Shown here piece after piece: positions 57,738-64,000 of a stretch of 64,000 nt of DNA. The stretch is taken from assembly GCF_009914755.1 (NCBI RefSeq), contig NC_060932.1; one strand, 5' to 3'. The notes beneath the pieces are model-generated. The model was not told where the DNA came from. It made no database searches and worked only from the letters and a program-made list of their open reading frames with translations. How positions within the stretch are numbered: the stretch's first letter is position 1; each line of letters starts with the position of its first letter. The translations under genes and the position numbers were made by a program. The stretch is from the human T2T-CHM13v2.0 reference genome, Homo sapiens.

Positions 57738-59229
57738 AAAGCCTAATTTTTAATCCCTACTGAAGATGCAGTTCTCATTGGAAACTTTAAATTTGATGGT
57801 GTAGGAACAACCATTTGGGTACTTGGTATTCTTTTGAAAAATAATACCTAATAGTCATTCTATGTTACTTATACAATGATTTTCTGTCCAAAAAGGATAT
57901 CAATTGGTACATCAGAATTCATGATTGTCTTCAGAATTTTTCTAACATTGAAATAGGGTGAAAAATATGGTTCAAACACACATTTTTTTTAACATTAGGG
58001 ATTGTACAGACCACTCCTCAATCCCAACAAATGTACTCTTTTTATATTTAACCAGTTCTAATAGTTGAGTATTTAAGATAATTTTGACATCTTTCTTCTG
58101 TATTTTACTAGGTTACCATAAATATATATATATATATATATATATAATCTTTCTACCCACAATTGTGTGATACCAATTAGCTCAAATAGCTTTTTTTTGT
58201 TTTTTTAAGAAAACAGCAATAGGAGGACATAGCATCTATGCTCTTGGATGTCAGTTGGACAAGATGATTTCTAATATTTTATCCAATGCTGAGATGGAAG
58301 TTTTTTTTGTGGCAGATACATGAATGAAAGCTTCTTAAAAAGTATTTTTTAGTCAATTGACTAGCCAGCCTGCCTTTTCTTGTCCATGTTTTTAAGAATC
58401 TGAACCTAAAATCCAGTTTTCTGTCTTAAGGAGAAAAAGGAAAAGATATCTCATCAAATACATGTTTTACAATTTTATCTCTAAAGTGCATGTGATAGGA
58501 TCTAACAAACATGTAGAGAGAAACATCTGCAATGTGTGAGGATTAATCACCAAATTTACTATGTATCATTAATATCCAAGAAACTTCAGTGTTTATGAGT
58601 GTCAGGTAAAGAAACAAACATATTCACTTGCAAAACAATGAATAAATTGATAAAGAAAGCAATCCACATTTTGTCTTATATCAGGTGTCACTTAATTAGC
58701 TATAGGCCCAGGCAGGCAACGCAAAGGATCTTAGAAGCTCAAGTGGAAAATGATAGAGGGATGAGGGCCACAAAGAGGCCCTCTCCATAGGAGGCAGAAG
58801 ACAGTCCTAGCCAATTTTTGCCACATGGCTATGAAGATCTAGGGTCACCAGTTTTACAAGAAGCCATAAATTCAAATTTTTACATGTAATTTTCAGTTCC
58901 TTAAAACTCTGTATTTGACAAATAATGACAGGAAAAAAGCACAGCTAATCATCAGAGCAGCTCTGTTGCTGCCAATTTATATATATACAATTTTACAGTA
59001 TATTGCATGTAAAATATATGCAATTTTATATTATAATGAAATCTAAGCTATCAGGTATAAAACTACAATAAGATTTAGTAGAAACTATTGATTATTTCTG
59101 GAAAATGTCAGTTCAGTATGGTAATATGCCTAACAGGCTCAAATTGTTGCTCAGGTGCAACAAAAATGCTGATCATTTTCAAGAGAGGAAGTGTTAAGAA
59201 TGAAGTTACAAAAATGTGAGCAACATAAC

Positions 59230-59613
59230 TGATATAGTTTGGATTTGTGTCCCCACCCAAATCTCATGTCAAATTGGAGGAGGGACCTAGTGGGAGGTGA
59301 ATGGATCACAGGGGTGGATTTCTCCCATGCTGTTGTCATGATAGTGAGTTCTCACAAGATCTGATGGTTTTAAAGTGTGTGGGACTTCCCCCTTTGCTCT
59401 CTCTCTCTCTTTCTCTCCTGCCACCATCTCTCTCTCTCTCCTGCCACCATCCTGGCTTCCCCTTTGCTTTCGGCCACCATTGTAAGTTTCCCGAGGTCTC
59501 CCAGTCATGCTTCCTGTTAAGCCTGTGGAAATGAAAGTAAATTAAACCTCTTTTCTTCATAAATAATCCAGTCTCAGGTAGTTCTTTAAAGCAGTGTGAA
59601 AACGAACTAATAA
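59230..59613 (+). mobile_element. MSTA-like MaLR solo LTR
   Basis: tgatatagtttggatttgtgtccccacccaaatctcatg...ccagtctcaggtagttcttta...gaactaata. Confidence 0.88.
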
Positions 59614-60095
59614 TTGAACATATAAAGCATGTAAAATGCTGGCCCATTTGTCCATCACACCTTAGGAAACACAAAACAGAACTGTAGTAGGCCAGAGATA
59701 GACCACCAAATCATGTTGATCAATGATATCCACGTTGCAGACAGGGGAAAGAGGTTGAAGTTGAGGTCAAGAGTGCATGAAGACAGGTGAGTAAGTTTGG
59801 TTTTTGTTTTGTTTTCTAGAAAAGTAACACTAAAGAGCAGTAATATTGGAGCCCACAACATACTATGTGTGACTATGAGTTTAACCCTTGGTTTATTACA
59901 GGATTCTGGAATAATAGTTCTAGGAGGCCTTCTTGTAAAATTAAAAAGAAAATAAAAAGAAGAGGGAGAAGAGAATGAAAAGGAAAAGAAAAAAAAAGGA
60001 AAAAAAAATAGCTTACCTTTAGTCAATTTACATACAATAAGGGCATTACCAGTAGTAGCTGTCTATGCTGATACTAATTTTTTTAACATTTATAT

Positions 60096-60442
60096 CAGTT
60101 GTTCTCCAACTTTGATGTGCATAAGGATCATGCAGTGATTCTGTTAAAATATAGATTGATAAATTCACATCCTGGAGATGTTGATTCACTAAGTTCGGCT
60201 TGAGGGCCTAAAAATCTACATTTTCAAATGTGCACCAGGTATTTGTGATGCATTTGTGATGCAAAAAGACCCTATTTTGAGAAGCATCAGGTTAGATGAG
60301 CAGGCCCTCACCAGACGTCAAATCTGCTGACACCTTAATCTTGTATTTCCTAGCCGCTAGAACTATAAGAAATACATTTCTATTGTTTATAAGTCACCCA
60401 GTTTACTGCATGTTGTTAGAGAAGCCCAATTGAACTGAGACA
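60096..60442. mobile_element. MER5A-like hAT DNA transposon relic (~60096-60287) plus an MLT1 3' fragment (~60298-60442)
   Basis: cagttgttctccaacttt...ttttgagaagca; gccctcaccagac...tgctgacaccttaatcttg...gaactgagaca. Confidence 0.6.
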
Positions 60443-60623
60443 AAGTGCCTTAAATCTCATTGAAGAAGCACTAACAGATTCTATGAAAGTTAACAATAAT
60501 AACTAAGTTACTGTGCATCTTCTGCTGGTAGTAGTGGGAGCGATCAATGTAAAACAATAATTTGAAAGTAAAATTTTATTAGTACCCGATAGGCTAAGGC
60601 AAAAATGAAACATTGGGAACTTA

Positions 60624-60728
<105 letters not shown>

Positions 60729-60821
60729 CTAGCAGTAAACAGAAACATACACCTTAAATATACTGCGTTGTGCAATAAAAACAACAAAAAAAGCAATGAC
60801 AGAAATGCATTCTTTGTCTCT

Positions 60822-60824
<3 letters not shown>

Positions 60825-60856
<32 letters not shown>
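60825..60856. repeat. (CA)16 microsatellite, read as (UG)16 in CSMD3 pre-mRNA
   Basis: Directly visible, 96 nt upstream of the exon acceptor. Confidence 0.95.
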
Positions 60857-60857
<1 letters not shown>

Positions 60858-61715
60858 GCAGTTCAATTATGTATAAATATATATATAATTTCATAGTATG
60901 GCAGCAAGTCATGTTAGAATATTCTTAAAGTTCAATCATATCATTACATGACTTTTACTTGCTGTATTGTATTTTCTGCATTAAATTTTCAATGAAATTG
61001 CATGGTTTCTGTTTATAGAATACTCTTACTTGAAGAATGATTAAAGCAAATCTACTTTAAGAAGGCTTTATAAAAAGTATATGTAGGTGGAGAGTGGTTT
61101 TCCACATATTTGCATATATATTTTATAAAGTTAACATGCAGAAACAGAGTGTGCTATTTCCATTAAGTAGTAAAGCTTAAAATTTGTTAGAGCTAAACTT
61201 GAATCTAGATTGCCAGAATGGTATCAAGTTTATTTTTATGTATCGTTTGGTAAAAGAATTCCTCAAATATATTAAAATGAGCGGCAAAACTGGGAGCACA
61301 ATACTTTGAGAGGCACACTATACCATGCTATGTAATTCAGCATTATTTCTTGCTAAAATATACTCATGTATCCATATATTGTTTATATACCTATGCAAAA
61401 ATTCAAATTTAATTAAATTGCAATTTTAAAAATAGCTATAATATTGAAAAAATGTAATTAAGAATCAGTACAGAAAGAAATTACATAAAATTACATAATG
61501 TCCTGCATAGAGTCATGCTTTGAGCAAAAAATAATTTATAACAAAATATTATTCATCACCTGATAAAATGAATGCCTGAAGTTACCATATTATGAGAGAA
61601 TAAATGAAGAAGATATTTCTTTAGTAATATTTATAACTATTTGCTACTTTGTTATTATAAAAATAATTAAAAATAAAGGAATTTATATCTTGGCTTTTTT
61701 TTGTTATAATAACAA

Positions 61716-62015
61716 TTTTTTTTTTTTTTTTTTTAGATGGAGTCTTGCTCTGTCACTCAGGCTAGAGTGCACTGGCGCGATCTTGGCTCACTGCCAGCTC
61801 CGCCTCCTGGGTTCATGCCATTCTCCTGCCTCAGCCTCCTGAGTACCTGGGACTACAGGTGCCCGCCACCATGCCTGGCTAATTTTTTTGTATTTTTAAT
61901 AGAGACGGGGTTTCACCATGTTAGCTAGGATGGTCTCAATCTCCTGGCCTCGTGATCCGCCCACCTCGGCCTCCCAAAATGCTGGGATTACAGGCGTGAG
62001 CCACTGGACCTGGCC
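61716..62015 (-). mobile_element. AluY-like element
   Basis: Antisense Alu with gggttcatgccattctcc and ttagctaggatggtctc. TSD aacaattttt. Confidence 0.93.
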
Positions 62016-62199
62016 AACAATTTTTGACTACACATATTTCTTGTTTTATAAAATATTTTAATATTTGCATTGACTAAAACAATTGTTTTGGCCAAGTTTA
62101 AATACAGCATGTGTATAAAGCCTTTGAACTATACATTTTACATGATCATAATTTAAAAAATATGTGTATTTGTTCCACTTATAGTAAAATATAAATACT

Positions 62200-64000
62200 T
62201 CCCATTAATAATTACCTGTCAATACAGACTTAGATTGTTTCCCATTTTCTTTCTTTTTTTTTTTTTTGGCTACTATAAGCAACATGGTCATGAGCAGTAT
62301 TAAACATCTTTTGGTACACATTTTCAGGTATGTCTCTAGGCAGTATACTTGCTAGGTAATAACAGCAAAAATTCATTTTATAACCTAGTACCATATGGTT
62401 TTCCAAAATTGTTTTACCAATTCAAATGTTCACATTCGTGTACATTGAATGCATTTATTCCTACCACTCTAGTAGATGTAAAAGTGTTTTTTTTTTTCGC
62501 ATTTTCCTTAATACTAATTGAGTTACATATCTTTTTATATGTTTATATATCATTTATATTTCCTTTTCTGTGACACAACTGTTTGTGTTTTGGCATCTTT
62601 TTTCCTCAGACTGCTTGTCTACTTGTTATCATTTGCAAGAATTCTTTATATTGGTGATTCTGAAAACATTCCATTATAGCACACTTTGAAAACAATAATA
62701 TTTGTAATACACAAAGGTGAACAGATGAAGCTGCTTATAATGGAAATTTTATTTTTATTTTTTGCCCAGGACCTTCTGTTCCATAGAGGGAGTTAAATCA
62801 ATATCTTAGTTCTACCTGTGGCTCACTCATAGTACACCACTGGATCTGGCTCACTAGTTGAGATCAGCTTTATATATTATGGATACTAATCCCTTACATT
62901 ATATGTGTTGCAATAGCTTCAAGTTCACAGCTTCCTTGTTAGATTATTTATAAGAAAAGTTATTAATTTTACCAGAGTAGGACTTACTTATCTACTCATA
63001 AAATAATAGATAAACAAATCCTACTCTGGTAAAAATTATTAATATTAATGACACAAGCTCATAAAGATGTATCTTCATATCTTTTATCTTTTGTGAATTG
63101 ACTTTTACAGAAACTGCAAAGTAGGAATGTGTGGGAGGCAGAATTCTAAGATGTCTTCCAATATTCTAATCCCTCGGTGTAGATAACCTATATAATATCC
63201 TCCTCTTCAGTGTGGGCAAGACCTATGAAAATGACGGATTATCAATCCTATGATTAGTTTATATTATATGGAAAAGGTGAAGGAATATTAAAGATGTGTA
63301 ATTAAGATCTCTAATCAGTTGACTTTAAGTTCATCAAAAGGGAGATTATCCTGAGTGGCCCTGACTAATTCAGGAGATTCCCTTTAAAAGAAGGTCCAGA
63401 AATGAGAGATCAAAAAACAAGCAAACAAAAAATCAGAAGAGATGCTCTCCTGTTGGCCTTGAAGATACAAACTGCCATGCTGTGGAAAGGCACATTTAGC
63501 ATGGAGCAGTGGGTGGCCTTTAGGAGCTGAGGGCCTAAGTCCTACAACCACAATAATTGAATTCTGACAACAAGTGAGCTTGGAAGAAGCCCTACAGTTT
63601 CAAATGAGATCACATCCCAGACCAAAGCTTTGATTTCACCCCGGTACAACCTTGAAAAGAAGACCCAGATATCCATGCCCAGACTCCTTTCCTGTGGAAA
63701 CTGTGAGATAAAAAATTTATGTTGTTTCATGTTGCTAATTTTGGGTAATTTTTTACACAGCAATATAAATTAGCACAATATTCCTTTCATTTTTCCCTCC
63801 AATATGAACATCCAGTTGTCTCAGTACTTTTTATTTAATAAATAGCCCTTCTTTCTCCAATGATCAGCAAACCCTAAACATATATCACTATTCTGTATAT
63901 AAGTATGTTGGATTTTGGATTCTGGATCTTGTTCTCTTGGTAAGTTTGTATGTACCCGAACTACCACAAATTGGCTTATTTTTATTATTGCTATAAGATA
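62200..64000 (-). mobile_element. Old L1ME-type fragments interrupted by an MLT1
   Basis: ggttttccaaaattgttttacc; tatggatactaatccctt; atccagttgtctcagtac motifs. Confidence 0.55.
63130..63776 (+). mobile_element. MLT1E-like MaLR LTR
   Basis: tgtgggaggcagaattctaagatg...gggagattatcctgagtgg...ggaaactgtgagata...cagcaata. Confidence 0.8.

Noticed and set aside
60011-60022. Strong donor-like AAG|GTAAGC on the - strand (also CAG|GTAAGG near 37402-37411) as recursive splice sites
   Set aside because: There is no polypyrimidine tract immediately before the AG and no convincing paired acceptor. Such motifs occur by chance in long introns.

Overview
Primate (most likely human) AT-rich genomic DNA from inside the giant neuronal gene CSMD3, which is transcribed on the - strand. 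Two short coding exons are present: 60625-60728 (104 nt, missed by the ORF track) and 31129-31241 (113 nt). They have canonical AG/GT ends and compatible phases, and splice across a 29,383-nt intron to give [72 protein letters not shown], the C-terminal half of a CUB domain. The rest is intron. It holds two near-full-length L1s in opposite orientations, six Alus, a HERV-K(HML-2) solo LTR5, and an ancient two-LTR ERV1-class provirus (~33.1-42.8 kb) with decayed gag/pro/pol and four nested insertions. There is also a triple-nested LTR stack (43.9-45.8 kb), MaLR/MER LTRs, L2/MIR relics and microsatellites. Nearly all listed ORFs are repeat-derived or chance ORFs. I found no convincing new multi-gene system. 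The best leads are regulatory: a candidate frameshifting cryptic exon built by a 91-bp tandem duplication, three gene-sense LTR poly(A) signals, a (UG)16 tract near an acceptor, and a perfect 60-bp duplication. Repeat subfamily names come from recalled consensus sequences, not a database search, and the boundaries of old repeats are approximate.
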